From IMG/VR virus record IMGVR_UViG_3300046781_000054, positions 1 to 64,000 of that record: DNA of 64,000 bases; one strand, 5' to 3'. The translations under genes were made by a program, and so were the position numbers. The notes under the pieces are model-generated. The model searched no databases. It was not told where the DNA came from and was given only the letters and a program-made list of their open reading frames with translations. The first letter of the stretch is position 1. Every line of letters starts with the position of its first letter. Of the stretch, positions 8,791-17,974 are shown one piece after another. This stretch comes from a virus.

Positions 8791-9069
8791 ATGAACAAAC
8801 CGGCACAGTACTTCGCCGCCTGCACCCCGAACAGCCACCCGCACCCCGACGGCCGCGTCGAACACGGGTACTCCATCACCATCCTCGACCAGGACATGCA
8901 ACTGGTGACCAGCGTGAACCTCCCCGGGTGGGAGACGTTCCGGCCCGAGGAAGTCGACCAGCAGCTGGCCATCACGGGGTTCACCGTGTCCGACAGTACG
9001 AATCCGTGGGCGCCGGCCGGGCCTAGGTACATGGCGACCGTTCACGCTACGGGGGAACAGCCTTCGTGA
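8791..9069 (+). CDS. hypothetical protein
   Basis: codon bias. Confidence 0.65.
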   Translation: MNKPAQYFAACTPNSHPHPDGRVEHGYSITILDQDMQLVTSVNLPGWETFRPEEVDQQLAITGFTVSDSTNPWAPAGPRYMATVHATGEQPS

Positions 9070-9233
9070 TCGGTGTCAGTCTGTAGGTGCCCTGGCGACA
9101 GGGCGAGTCCGCGAAGCGCCCCCATGATCCGTTAGGCCGGGGAGGGGAGAAGCTGCCAGGCCCTCGGGAGGTCACTGCCCGGGGGCTTTCTGGTGTCCAG
9201 GAGTGGGAGTTGGGGCGACAACTTCCCGCATCA

Positions 9234-9265
9234 CCATGGCTATGCAATGCGTTATGGGTTACAGT
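9234..9265 (+). promoter_or_regulatory. conserved promoter/operator, copy 1
   Basis: TGGCTA-TGCAATGCGTTATGGGT-TACAGT, 17-bp spacer, after a terminator-like hairpin. Confidence 0.75.
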
Positions 9266-9298
9266 GGAGCTACCGCCGCATCCACCAGGGGGAACCCA

Positions 9299-9559
9299 AT
9301 GACTACCGCTACCCAGCCCGCCGTCACCCTCACCAAGGACGCCGTCACCCTCTACGACATCGAGCAGGGTGTGGTCTGGGACCAGATGAGCCACCGCCAG
9401 ACCCTCGCAGAACTCGCGGGCAGCAAGAGCGTCGGCGACACCGTCCAGGAGTACGAGACCACGGATCGCAACGGGCACCCCATGCGGGTCGTCCTTCAGG
9501 TCGGCGCCGAGGCGTACTACTCCGAGGACCAGGGCGGCATCTACGAGTTCACCCTCTGA
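9299..9559 (+). CDS. hypothetical protein
   Basis: first gene after the conserved promoter. Confidence 0.75.
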   Translation: MTTATQPAVTLTKDAVTLYDIEQGVVWDQMSHRQTLAELAGSKSVGDTVQEYETTDRNGHPMRVVLQVGAEAYYSEDQGGIYEFTL

Positions 9560-9686
9560 CCCCCACCCCTACTGCTGCCCCGGCCCACCCCTCCAGGGCC
9601 GGGGCAGCCCCCTACCCGAACCCGGGGCAACACCCCGCCCGAACCACGGCAACCTGAACACCCCGACCCTCAACGGGAGTCGCCCC

Positions 9687-9929
9687 ATGACCGAACCGGC
9701 CACCATCGGCAACCTTCCCGCCTCCACCGCCCCACTCGCCGACGGCTACCCACACGTCCACGGCACCTGCCCCGCCTGCCACCACACCGCCCTGTTCCTC
9801 GGCGTCGGCGGCCACATCACCTGCGCCACCGACACCTGCCCCGACTCCGACGCCGCGGGCAGACTCCTCGACACTCCCGACGGCGAAGACGACGCCATCC
9901 ACGACTTCCAGCCCCCGGAGGCCCGATGA
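9687..9929 (+). CDS. small Zn-binding protein
   Basis: CPAC...ITCATDTC. Confidence 0.7.
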   Translation: MTEPATIGNLPASTAPLADGYPHVHGTCPACHHTALFLGVGGHITCATDTCPDSDAAGRLLDTPDGEDDAIHDFQPPEAR

Positions 9930-10339
9930 TCCGCGAGGACAAGTTCCTGATCTCTCGCAAGCCGTTCGCCGTCAACCTCGACAGCTTCCGCCGACGAGAG
10001 CGGGAGCCCGGCAACAGCTGGGCCTGGTTCACCGTCGACGCCATCTGGTTCCGCGGGACCAAGGACCAGCCCGTCGCCTGCATCGGCGACCTCCACACCC
10101 TGATCGACGACCCCGAGCCAACCACCGCGCAGGAGTTCCTTGAGCGGTTCACCGACGGACGCTATGGCGGCAACTGCGAAGGACGATGGAACGGCACCGG
10201 CTACTGGGGAGCCGAAGACCTCGACATCCAGAGGCAGCACCTCGCCGTCCTGAAGCCGATGCTCGCCAACTACCCGGCCCGGCCCGACGGCTGGGACGGC
10301 TGGTGGACGTTCCAGACCCCGAAGGGGCGGCGCCCCTGA
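9926..10339 (+). CDS. hypothetical protein
   Basis: ATGA overlap. Confidence 0.75.
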   Translation: MIREDKFLISRKPFAVNLDSFRRREREPGNSWAWFTVDAIWFRGTKDQPVACIGDLHTLIDDPEPTTAQEFLERFTDGRYGGNCEGRWNGTGYWGAEDLDIQRQHLAVLKPMLANYPARPDGWDGWWTFQTPKGRRP

Positions 10340-10509
10340 TGCACGCCGGGATATCCGACCTGCTGTGGATGTTCTACGCCGTCATCGCCTGGCACGCCCT
10401 CTACGCCGGCGCTGCGGCCACGATCCTCGTCCTCGGCGTCACCGCGGTCGTGTACAGCGTCCGCCACCGCACGACACCCCGCCCAGACGACTACAGGGAG
10501 GCCGCATGA
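10339..10509 (+). CDS. small membrane protein
   Basis: hydrophobic segment, TGATG overlap. Confidence 0.65.
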   Translation: MHAGISDLLWMFYAVIAWHALYAGAAATILVLGVTAVVYSVRHRTTPRPDDYREAA

Positions 10510-10793
10510 CAGCGTCCGCCCAGCTCGCCCTGGACGTGCCGCTTCCCAAGCCGCCCCCACCGCATCCTCCGACGTACTGGGAGAACCGCGGCCCCCACGA
10601 CTGGCAGCCCGTCCTCATCGTCCTCCGCTACGGCAACACCCGCGGCATGCCCGACCCCGCGTTCCCTCACGTACGCACGAAGCCGTCCGCACCCCGCAAC
10701 GTCTGCATCGAACGCGCCGACGGTGAACGGCTCGTCGTCCCCGTCCGCACCCTCCGCCGAGAGAACCCCAACGCCGGAAGGACCAGCCCGTGA
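10506..10793 (+). CDS. hypothetical protein
   Basis: ATGA overlap. Confidence 0.65.
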   Translation: MTASAQLALDVPLPKPPPPHPPTYWENRGPHDWQPVLIVLRYGNTRGMPDPAFPHVRTKPSAPRNVCIERADGERLVVPVRTLRRENPNAGRTSP

Positions 10794-11014
10794 CACCCCC
10801 AGCTCGAGCAGCCGGCACGGGGCGAGACCGCATGCCCCACCCGCCCTCGCTGGATCCCGGCTTCGTGGCGACCGCGAGTGTCGACGCGATCCGGGCCCAG
10901 TACGAGCGGGCGCAGCGCACGGCAGACCTGTGGGACGACCGGGCGCGAGCCCTGTTCCTGCTGCTCTGCCAGCGCGAGGAGCAGACCACCCAGCCCGAGA
11001 GGACCAGCACGTGA
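10790..11014 (+). CDS. hypothetical protein
   Basis: GTGA overlap. Confidence 0.6.
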   Translation: MTPPARAAGTGRDRMPHPPSLDPGFVATASVDAIRAQYERAQRTADLWDDRARALFLLLCQREEQTTQPERTST

Positions 11015-11379
11015 CCGGCACGCACTACGGCAACGACCAGATGGGCGCCCCCACCCTGCACCGCGGCCGCCTCGAGAACTGTCCCGCCCCCGACCGCCAG
11101 GACATCCTCACCGACCAAGCCGAGGAAGACACCACCCCGTACTGCACCGGCGATCGGTGCGGAGACTGCGAAGCACCCGACCCTGGTGACACCTACGGCG
11201 AGACCGACTGCTGCGAAGCCACCTGTGGCTGCTGCCCCCGCGTCAACGAACACGGCAACTGCGCCCTTGCCCCCGGCTCGGAAGACAACTCCAAGTACTG
11301 CGACCAGCACGGTGAGGGCTGGCTGTCTCCGCTGAACGAGCGGGCGCAGCGCATGTACGACGTCCTCCGCAACGCCTAA
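11011..11379 (+). CDS. Cys-rich hypothetical protein
   Basis: GTGA overlap, many Cys. Confidence 0.65.
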   Translation: MTGTHYGNDQMGAPTLHRGRLENCPAPDRQDILTDQAEEDTTPYCTGDRCGDCEAPDPGDTYGETDCCEATCGCCPRVNEHGNCALAPGSEDNSKYCDQHGEGWLSPLNERAQRMYDVLRNA

Positions 11380-11396
11380 CCCGAGAGGACCAGCCC

Positions 11397-11897
11397 GTGA
11401 CCGAGCAGCACGAACCACCGACCCACTGCTTTATGTGCAGCCACCCCGTCGAAGCCCACGACCAGGACGCGGACGGCAACCGCCCCTGCCGCTCCCCCGG
11501 CCACCCCAAGGGCGTCCCGTGCGCCGACTGCCGTGCCCTGCTCACCTCCGAGTACCGCAAGCGCCTTCAGGACGAACGGGAACAGCCCGGCTTCGAGAAG
11601 GCATGGCACGCGTTCCTCATCACCCGCGACGACGCTAGTCAGGCGTTCGGGGAGCACGCGCCTGTGTTCTTCACCGATATTCACCAGTCCGCTCTGGCTT
11701 CCGCGTTCATCCACTTCCGGGCAGCGGTACTGAAGCCCCTGGCGGACCTCCACAGCCCCGTACAGCACATGGGGCAGACCTGGTGCCGTGAATGCTCCGT
11801 CCAACGCTCTACGGGCCCGCACAGCGAGGAGTGGGTGGCGTACATCCCGCACCCCTGCCCCACCATCGACGCGCTCACCGAGAGGCTCCGCCCGTGA
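11397..11897 (+). CDS. hypothetical protein with Cys/His clusters
   Basis: CFMC..H, CADC, CREC. Confidence 0.7.
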   Translation: MTEQHEPPTHCFMCSHPVEAHDQDADGNRPCRSPGHPKGVPCADCRALLTSEYRKRLQDEREQPGFEKAWHAFLITRDDASQAFGEHAPVFFTDIHQSALASAFIHFRAAVLKPLADLHSPVQHMGQTWCRECSVQRSTGPHSEEWVAYIPHPCPTIDALTERLRP

Positions 11898-12262
11898 CCG
11901 AACAGCCGTGCCCGTTCTGCGAGATCAACGTAGGGCACCTCCCCGCCACGTTCGTCGACGAGTGGTGCGACGCCTTCGCAATCGTCCCGATCAACCCCGT
12001 TGTCGACGGACACGTCCTCGTGATCCCGAAGACGCACACCCCCGACTTCGGCCACGACCCGGACGTGACCGCGGCCACGATGAAGCGCGCCGCCCAGTTG
12101 GCGCAGAAGTCGGACCAGCCCATGAACCTGATCACCAGTCGCGGTCGGGAGGCGACACAGTCCGTGTTCCATCTCCACGTGCACCTCGTTCCCCGCGCGG
12201 AGAACGACGGGCTGGCCCTGCCCTGGTACAGCGGCAAGCACTCGAAGAGGAGCAGCGCGTGA
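11894..12262 (+). CDS. HIT family hydrolase
   Basis: CPFC...GHVLVIPK...QSVFHLHVHLVPR histidine triad. Confidence 0.92.
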   Translation: MTEQPCPFCEINVGHLPATFVDEWCDAFAIVPINPVVDGHVLVIPKTHTPDFGHDPDVTAATMKRAAQLAQKSDQPMNLITSRGREATQSVFHLHVHLVPRAENDGLALPWYSGKHSKRSSA

Positions 12263-12666
12263 CCGAGCAACTGCCTGAGACGACGCTGCTGGTCTGGTAC
12301 TGCGGACGATGCCGCAAGTCCTGCAAGGTCCAGCCGCCGGACGCCGAGCAGATCGCCTGCACGTGCGACACCCCCGTACCGAGCCTGCGCCCCACCCGTA
12401 TGACCGTCATGCACGCCCCGAAGCGGCGACCGGTACGGGCCATCAGCGACGAGGAAGGCAGGCTGCGGGCGCTCGGCCGGAAGGGCACACGCGTCCGCGT
12501 CACGTACGAAGGCGAGATCGCGGACGCCTGGGAGTGGTCCAACGGCATCTCCCGCGGCCTCGACTTTGTGGTCAAGTCACCCGACGGGCGCACCCACACC
12601 GTCAACGGCAGCCAGCCCGGCCTACGCATTGAAGCTATCCCGGCCGACGAGGAACCTGCGGAGTGA
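12259..12666 (+). CDS. hypothetical protein
   Basis: GTGA overlap. Confidence 0.65.
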   Translation: MTEQLPETTLLVWYCGRCRKSCKVQPPDAEQIACTCDTPVPSLRPTRMTVMHAPKRRPVRAISDEEGRLRALGRKGTRVRVTYEGEIADAWEWSNGISRGLDFVVKSPDGRTHTVNGSQPGLRIEAIPADEEPAE

Positions 12667-12878
12667 GGCGCCCGATCCGGAAGCGGGACCTGCAGGCCCG
12701 CATCGAGCGCCTGGAGAAGGCTCTCGGTACGCCGCTCCCCGCCCCGCTGCCGGGCCAGCAGACCATTCCCCTCCCCACCATCGGCCACCACGTGTACGAA
12801 GGCTCAGGCGGCGACTGTGAAGCCGAGTTCTTCGCCATCCCGTGCGGCCAACCCCGCGACGCCCACCACCACCCGTAG
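12663..12878 (+). CDS. hypothetical protein
   Basis: GTGA overlap. Confidence 0.6.
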   Translation: MRRPIRKRDLQARIERLEKALGTPLPAPLPGQQTIPLPTIGHHVYEGSGGDCEAEFFAIPCGQPRDAHHHP

Positions 12879-12886
12879 GAGTAGCT

Positions 12887-13372
12887 ATGGCCGACGACCC
12901 GGAGCAGCGGACGGAGGCGCTCGCCGAACTCCTCTGCCACGCCTACGAGTACGGCGGCGGCCTCGAGGAGCAGCAGGCAGAAGACCCGCAGCGCGCCCAG
13001 GAACACCAGGGCGCGGCCGCGTTCCTGCTGTCCAAGCTGGAGCAGGCCCCGTTCAACGAGAAGCGGGCCGCGTTCCGCCGCGGCTACGACCGCGGCACCG
13101 AGAACGCGAAGAAGGCGGCCGCCGAGCACACCGCCCAGCTTGAGGCGGCGCTCGCCGAGCTCCGTCAGGACCGCGACCCCGACAGGCTGCGGGCCCGGAT
13201 CGCCGACCTGGAGTACGTCGTCCACGGCTACGGACGTCTCCACAAGCCCGGCACCGACCTGCGCGGCCAGCTCGCCGACGCCCTGGCCCGCCTTCAGGCC
13301 GCCCAACGGGAACTCGCCGAGCTGCGGGGTGTCCAGCCGTCCGACGCGACCGGGGAACGCCCCTCGGCCTGA
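12887..13372 (+). CDS. coiled-coil hypothetical protein
   Basis: AGGAG RBS. Confidence 0.7.
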   Translation: MADDPEQRTEALAELLCHAYEYGGGLEEQQAEDPQRAQEHQGAAAFLLSKLEQAPFNEKRAAFRRGYDRGTENAKKAAAEHTAQLEAALAELRQDRDPDRLRARIADLEYVVHGYGRLHKPGTDLRGQLADALARLQAAQRELAELRGVQPSDATGERPSA

Positions 13373-13373
13373 C

Positions 13374-14411
13374 TCAGGCGGCCTTCTCCACGTTGAGGTC
13401 CCGTTCCGGCGAGGTAGCCCACCGGAACGTGAGCTGGGCGACCGTCGCCTGCGGAAGGACCCACACCGCGCGGATCTGGTCCAACTCCCGCTGCAGCGTC
13501 CGCTTCGACATCTGCAATCTGCGGGCTACCCCGTCCTGTGTCTCCCCCTCCGACAGGCAGCGCAGGATCGCCCGCTGCCCCTCCGACAACCGTCCGCCGG
13601 CCGCCGCGGCCTGCCCGCCGCGGGTGCGGCGTTCCCCGTGCCACGGGCGGGCACGCCGCCACTCCTGCTCGAACGCGTGCTTGCAGAAGCCGACCATCGC
13701 CCGGTCCGTGATGATCCACGCCGCCCCGTCCGGGGCGTCGGGGATCACGTAGTTGGAGATGACCGCAATCCGTTCATCGACGATGACGACCCGCTCGAAC
13801 GGATCGGCCAGGGTGCGGAAATGGACGCCGCGCGGCGCCATCGTCGACGCCCACTCGCAGGTCACCGCATCATCGCGGACACCGTCCTGGTACAGGGTGC
13901 GATAGGTGACACCCCGCTCGAGGGCCGCCGTGTCGCGGGGGACACCGAGTTCCATCTGGGCGCGGGTGCGGGGCCCGTGCGGGTGCGCGCCGAGCAGTTC
14001 GAACTGCGCGCCCTCCAAAATGCTGCCGATCCGTTCGTTGATCTCCGCCCGGTCCGCGAGGAACTCCGATCCGGTGCCGGCCCGGTGTCGTGAGCCCGCG
14101 AAATGCACATCCAGTTCGCGCACCATCTGCGGCAGGCCCCGCAGCAGTTCCACCTGGCGTTCCAGGTGGGCGAGCGCGTTCTCGGCGATCGGCCACACCG
14201 CCTGCGTCGGCGGCAGCGCCACCGCCGTCGCCCCGTCATCGGTGAGGCCGGCCATCCCCCACGCCCGCAGCCTGGCGAACGCCTCCCCGTCGTCCGGGCC
14301 GGGCTGCCCGCCCGTGGTGAGCCGGCCGAACAGTTCCACCGCTTCCGGCGTCAGCCCCGCCTCAGGGAATGGCTGTCCCTGCACGCCAGCACGCGTAACC
14401 CGCTCTCCCAT
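13374..14411 (-). CDS. TrmB-like sensor plus LuxR-type HTH regulator
   Basis: RGVTYRTLY...ERVVIVDERIAVI (TrmB/PLD-like effector domain); LSEGQRAILRCLSEGETQDGVARRLQMSKRTLQR HTH. Confidence 0.85.
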   Translation of the reverse strand: MGERVTRAGVQGQPFPEAGLTPEAVELFGRLTTGGQPGPDDGEAFARLRAWGMAGLTDDGATAVALPPTQAVWPIAENALAHLERQVELLRGLPQMVRELDVHFAGSRHRAGTGSEFLADRAEINERIGSILEGAQFELLGAHPHGPRTRAQMELGVPRDTAALERGVTYRTLYQDGVRDDAVTCEWASTMAPRGVHFRTLADPFERVVIVDERIAVISNYVIPDAPDGAAWIITDRAMVGFCKHAFEQEWRRARPWHGERRTRGGQAAAAGGRLSEGQRAILRCLSEGETQDGVARRLQMSKRTLQRELDQIRAVWVLPQATVAQLTFRWATSPERDLNVEKAA

Positions 14412-14718
14412 CAGTCCCCCCGCAAAAAAGATCAACACCGGCGGCTCGTACACCTGTTGGCGTATCCGTGCCAGTCACCAAGACGACAACAGTTTCGGTT
14501 GAAACGATGCCGCCACATACGACAAATTCTAGCTACGGGGCCCCTCCCGGCACCCCCGAACCGTCTCCCTACAGGTAACGGACAGGTCCTGGCCTGCCCA
14601 TCCACCTCGTAGGGATCGCAGCAGACGCATTCGGAGCCCAGGACTGCACAACCGCCGGGAGGCCCCACTAGTCCACTCACCTGATCTGTGAGCAGACATC
14701 CCCGGGGAAGGAACCACC

Positions 14719-14982
14719 ATGACCCACAGCGTGCGCCGTATCGGCGCTCTCATCGCTGTCACCGCGGCCGCCCTGGCCGCCCTCGCCGTCACGGCCGCGC
14801 AGACCGGCCCGGGCGCCAGCACCGGCACCGTCACGCACGCTGACTCCGTGTGGCGCGTCGCCGTCCCGGCCCCCGACAACGAGCCCAACCAGGCGGCGCC
14901 GGCCAACGAACCGAACCAGGACGCCCCGGTCGACGGCACCACCGACCAGCCGGATATCACGCCGCAGGACTCGGTCTGGTAG
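14719..14982 (+). CDS. secreted peptide precursor with repeated DSVW motif
   Basis: Sec-type signal peptide; DSVW at aa 42-45 and at C-terminus; NEPNQ twice; GGAAGGA RBS. Confidence 0.8.
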   Translation: MTHSVRRIGALIAVTAAALAALAVTAAQTGPGASTGTVTHADSVWRVAVPAPDNEPNQAAPANEPNQDAPVDGTTDQPDITPQDSVW

Positions 14983-15144
14983 ACGGCCCCCAGCCGGTCT
15001 ACCCGGGGCCCGGACGGCCTGCACGCTACCCGCGGGGGGAAGCACCGTGCAGACCGCCCGGGTCCCCACTCGTTTTCACCCTCCAGAACCCCTCCCCCCA
15101 GCCAGGCCCGGTCCTAGACTGTGGTCTTCAGCAGGGAGGCCGCC

Positions 15145-15699
15145 ATGGACCCAGTCGACGCCCACCCCGAGGCGATCAAGCCGCGGCCCGACTACCCGCC
15201 CAAAACCCCGCCCCCGCCGAAGAAACCCCCGTCCCCGCCGCCACCGGACCCGCCCCGCAGCGAAGCCGAGACACTCCTCGCGGGCCTGCCCGTACCCCAG
15301 CGCGTCCACCAGCGGCCCGGGCTGCCCGTCATGAAAAACCGGCAAGGCGCCTCCTGGACCATGGAGACCGGCGCGTGGATCCCGAAGAAGGCCGCCGCCC
15401 ACATCACCGGCCGACTCGCCGACTGGGGACTCCAAGCACCGAAGAGCATCGACGACGTCGTCCACCTGCTGGTGACCACGGTCATCGCCGACGGGGGGCG
15501 CCGCATCAGCGTCCACCTGTCCGAGCAGGACGGCCGGATCATCGTCCTCGCCCTCAGCCACCAGGACCCGGCCACCCCGCTCCCCGACGAAGTCCTGGCC
15601 GCACTGCGCGGGATGGGCGCGGCGTCCTGCGGCACGGAGACGACGGGCGAGGGCCGGCAGGTGTGGGCACTCCTTGACCTCCAGTCGGCCGCCGCCTGA
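15145..15699 (+). CDS. degenerate HATPase/RsbW-like protein with Pro-rich N-terminus
   Basis: LADWG...DDVVHLLVTTVIADG...CGTETTGEGRQVWALL. Confidence 0.65.
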   Translation: MDPVDAHPEAIKPRPDYPPKTPPPPKKPPSPPPPDPPRSEAETLLAGLPVPQRVHQRPGLPVMKNRQGASWTMETGAWIPKKAAAHITGRLADWGLQAPKSIDDVVHLLVTTVIADGGRRISVHLSEQDGRIIVLALSHQDPATPLPDEVLAALRGMGAASCGTETTGEGRQVWALLDLQSAAA

Positions 15700-15900
15700 C
15701 TAAATCCGGCGGAACCGGCACGCCCGGCCCGGCTGGGCTGACAGAGTGCTTCCCGTCTCCGGTATGACGGCGTGCACGGATGCCCCTGCAACAGTCGTGC
15801 ACGCAGAACCGGTTCGTCTGCCCCGCGGCCTCCCGTGAAGCCCCGGGGCAGACGCACAAGCTGGGGGAACAACCACGCCGGTCAGCGGGATCGTTGAGCC

Positions 15901-16173
15901 ATGCCACTCTGGAAGCGCCGCCCTCGCCCCACGCCCCGTCCCGACCTGACCCGCATCGCGGTCCTCGAGCACGATCTCCTCGGCATCGAACCCGACCCTG
16001 GCACGCCCGCAGCCCACGCCGTCGCCCTGGCCAAGCCCGTCGACCAGGACGCGTGCCCGCACGAGGACGTCATCGACGTCACTCTGCTCGGACAGGCCCG
16101 CTCGACCGGCATGTGCCAGCGCTGCGGCGCCGACATGGTGGAGAGCGACGAAGGCGACTGGGAACGCCCCTGA
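15901..16173 (+). CDS. small Zn-ribbon protein
   Basis: CPHE...CQRCG. Confidence 0.65.
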   Translation: MPLWKRRPRPTPRPDLTRIAVLEHDLLGIEPDPGTPAAHAVALAKPVDQDACPHEDVIDVTLLGQARSTGMCQRCGADMVESDEGDWERP

Positions 16174-16187
16174 ACCCCGCGGGCGTG

Positions 16188-16463
16188 CTACCGGCCGCCG
16201 CTCGCCTGCCCGTTGTCCTCGTTATCGGCCGGACTGCCGACCTCGCCACTACCCCCACAAGCACCGCAAGTCACCGTGGTCTCGTTCCCGTCGGCGTCCC
16301 GCACCGTGATCTGCCCACCCTGGCAGTTACTGCACTTCGGCACGCGCCGCTCCTGCTCTTCCACGCGCTGCTGCTCAAGAAGCCGCCGGGACAGGCTAAA
16401 CAGCCGGTCGTACCGCCAGTCCTGTTGTAGGGCGGGAATGTGCTCTCGGTCGACCCAGCCCAT
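16188..16463 (-). CDS. small protein with DnaJ-type CxxCxGxG motifs
   Basis: CSNCQGGQ...CGACGGSG. Confidence 0.65.
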   Translation of the reverse strand: MGWVDREHIPALQQDWRYDRLFSLSRRLLEQQRVEEQERRVPKCSNCQGGQITVRDADGNETTVTCGACGGSGEVGSPADNEDNGQASGGR

Positions 16464-16486
16464 GACGTGCCCCCTCGTGTCAGGGT

Positions 16487-16681
16487 TCAGCGTCCTCCCG
16501 CTGGCCGGGCGGGCGCAACGGGCTGACCCTGCGCCGCCTCGGCCGCCTCCAGGGCGGCGAGCGGCTTGCACACGTCGCACACCTGCACCTGAATCCCCAT
16601 CGCGTCCTCACGGAGCGCGAGCCGCGCCTGGTGCGCGTCGTACGTCGACCGGTCGTCCGCAGCCACCCAGCAGTCCGCACG
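16487..16681 (-). pseudogene. 5'-truncated DUF6233-like gene
   Basis: RADCW...ARLAL...CDVCKP; in-frame stop upstream and no start before the motif. Confidence 0.55.
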
Positions 16682-16776
16682 GATGGATCGGCGAGTACGG
16701 GCAGCCCGGCACCCGCATCACCCTCGTCGACACCACCACCGGCACGACCGTCCGGGAGTGGCCGCCGGCCGCCTGA
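16681..16776 (+). pseudogene. 5'-truncated small hypothetical gene
   Basis: GWIGEYGQPGTRITLVDTTTGTTVREWP, recalled as C-terminus of a common small Streptomyces family. Confidence 0.5.
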
Positions 16777-16859
16777 CACACGAAAACGGGCCCGCCCCAC
16801 CACCGAAGCAGCGGGACGGGCCCGAAAGCGGGGAGGCCCGATACGGCCACGCTACGCGC

Positions 16860-17489
16860 TCACCCAGTCACATAACGGGGGAACCGGGCATCCACCCTGG
16901 CCGCCAAGGCCGCAGCCGTAGACGGGTCCGGTCGGCCGCCCTCCCCCACCAGCAGAGGCAGCAGCCGGTCTGCGGGTACGACGCCGACCCCCTGCACCTC
17001 GAAGCCATCCCCGGCGACCGGGGCGACGTGCACGACGATCAGCCGCCACACCTGCACCCCGACCGCGTCCGCCACGCACTGCGCCTCCACGTTCAGGCTC
17101 CGCAGCTCCCGGTCCATCGGTGTCCGCCCATGCCACAACCGGCCACCCTGCGCATGGACGGTGGCGCCGCCGCGGGCGTGCCGCATCTTCGAATCGAGCA
17201 GGAACAGACGCCCGCCCGGCGACACCAGCAGGTGATCAGCGTTCGCCGAGTGCAGGCCCGGTATCCGCCGGTCGTGCCCCACCCACCAGCCGGACGGTAA
17301 ACGGGACAGCAGTTCCACTGTCCGCCGCTCACCCTCGCCTCCCGCGCCCCAGGCGGCTGCCTGAGCGTCCGCACGCCGGGTGTGGGCGGTGACACCCATC
17401 CGGGACAGGAGAGGCCGCCACACACCCCTGCGGGCATGCGCACGGATCGCTGCACCCTTCGCTTCCGCCGAGTTCTTGTACGCGGTCAC
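16860..17489 (-). CDS. NERD (nuclease-related domain) protein
   Basis: GGEGERRT...HDRRIPG..ANADHLLVSPGG.LFLLDSK. Confidence 0.88.
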   Translation of the reverse strand: MTAYKNSAEAKGAAIRAHARRGVWRPLLSRMGVTAHTRRADAQAAAWGAGGEGERRTVELLSRLPSGWWVGHDRRIPGLHSANADHLLVSPGGRLFLLDSKMRHARGGATVHAQGGRLWHGRTPMDRELRSLNVEAQCVADAVGVQVWRLIVVHVAPVAGDGFEVQGVGVVPADRLLPLLVGEGGRPDPSTAAALAARVDARFPRYVTG

Positions 17490-17974
17490 CGGCCCTCCTC
17501 GGCAAGGAGATCGTTGAAGCCGTCCAGCGTGGCCTTCAGAACGCCCGCCGCCACACTCACGAGAACGGTCGCGCCCTCCCGGTCAGCAGCGATCCGCTGC
17601 CACTTCGCGACCAGCGCCTGCGCCTGCCGCACCTGCTGCTCGGCCGTCTCCGCGCGCCGCCGCAACACGTCCGGGTCGTCGTCCTCCGGCCGATAGCCGG
17701 GCGCCAAGTAGCGTTCGTACTTCGCCCGCCACCCCACACACGCCTCACACGTAACCGCCGTGCCCTTGGGCAGCGCGCCCTGCCGCATCGAATTACCGCA
17801 CAGCGACATGCCCGTCGCCCATGCCTCGAAGGTCGGCAGCCACTCGTACACGGCCAGGTGCACCGAGTCCGGCTCGGTGTCGATCGGCATCGCCGCGACG
17901 GGCACCAGGTAGCGGAGGTTCTTGTCCAGGTCCTCACTCATCGGGGTGTTGGTCGCTTCAGTCGCTCGCTCCAT
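17486..17974 (-). CDS. hypothetical protein
   Basis: coupled operon gene. Confidence 0.7.
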   Translation of the reverse strand: MERATEATNTPMSEDLDKNLRYLVPVAAMPIDTEPDSVHLAVYEWLPTFEAWATGMSLCGNSMRQGALPKGTAVTCEACVGWRAKYERYLAPGYRPEDDDPDVLRRRAETAEQQVRQAQALVAKWQRIAADREGATVLVSVAAGVLKATLDGFNDLLAEEGR

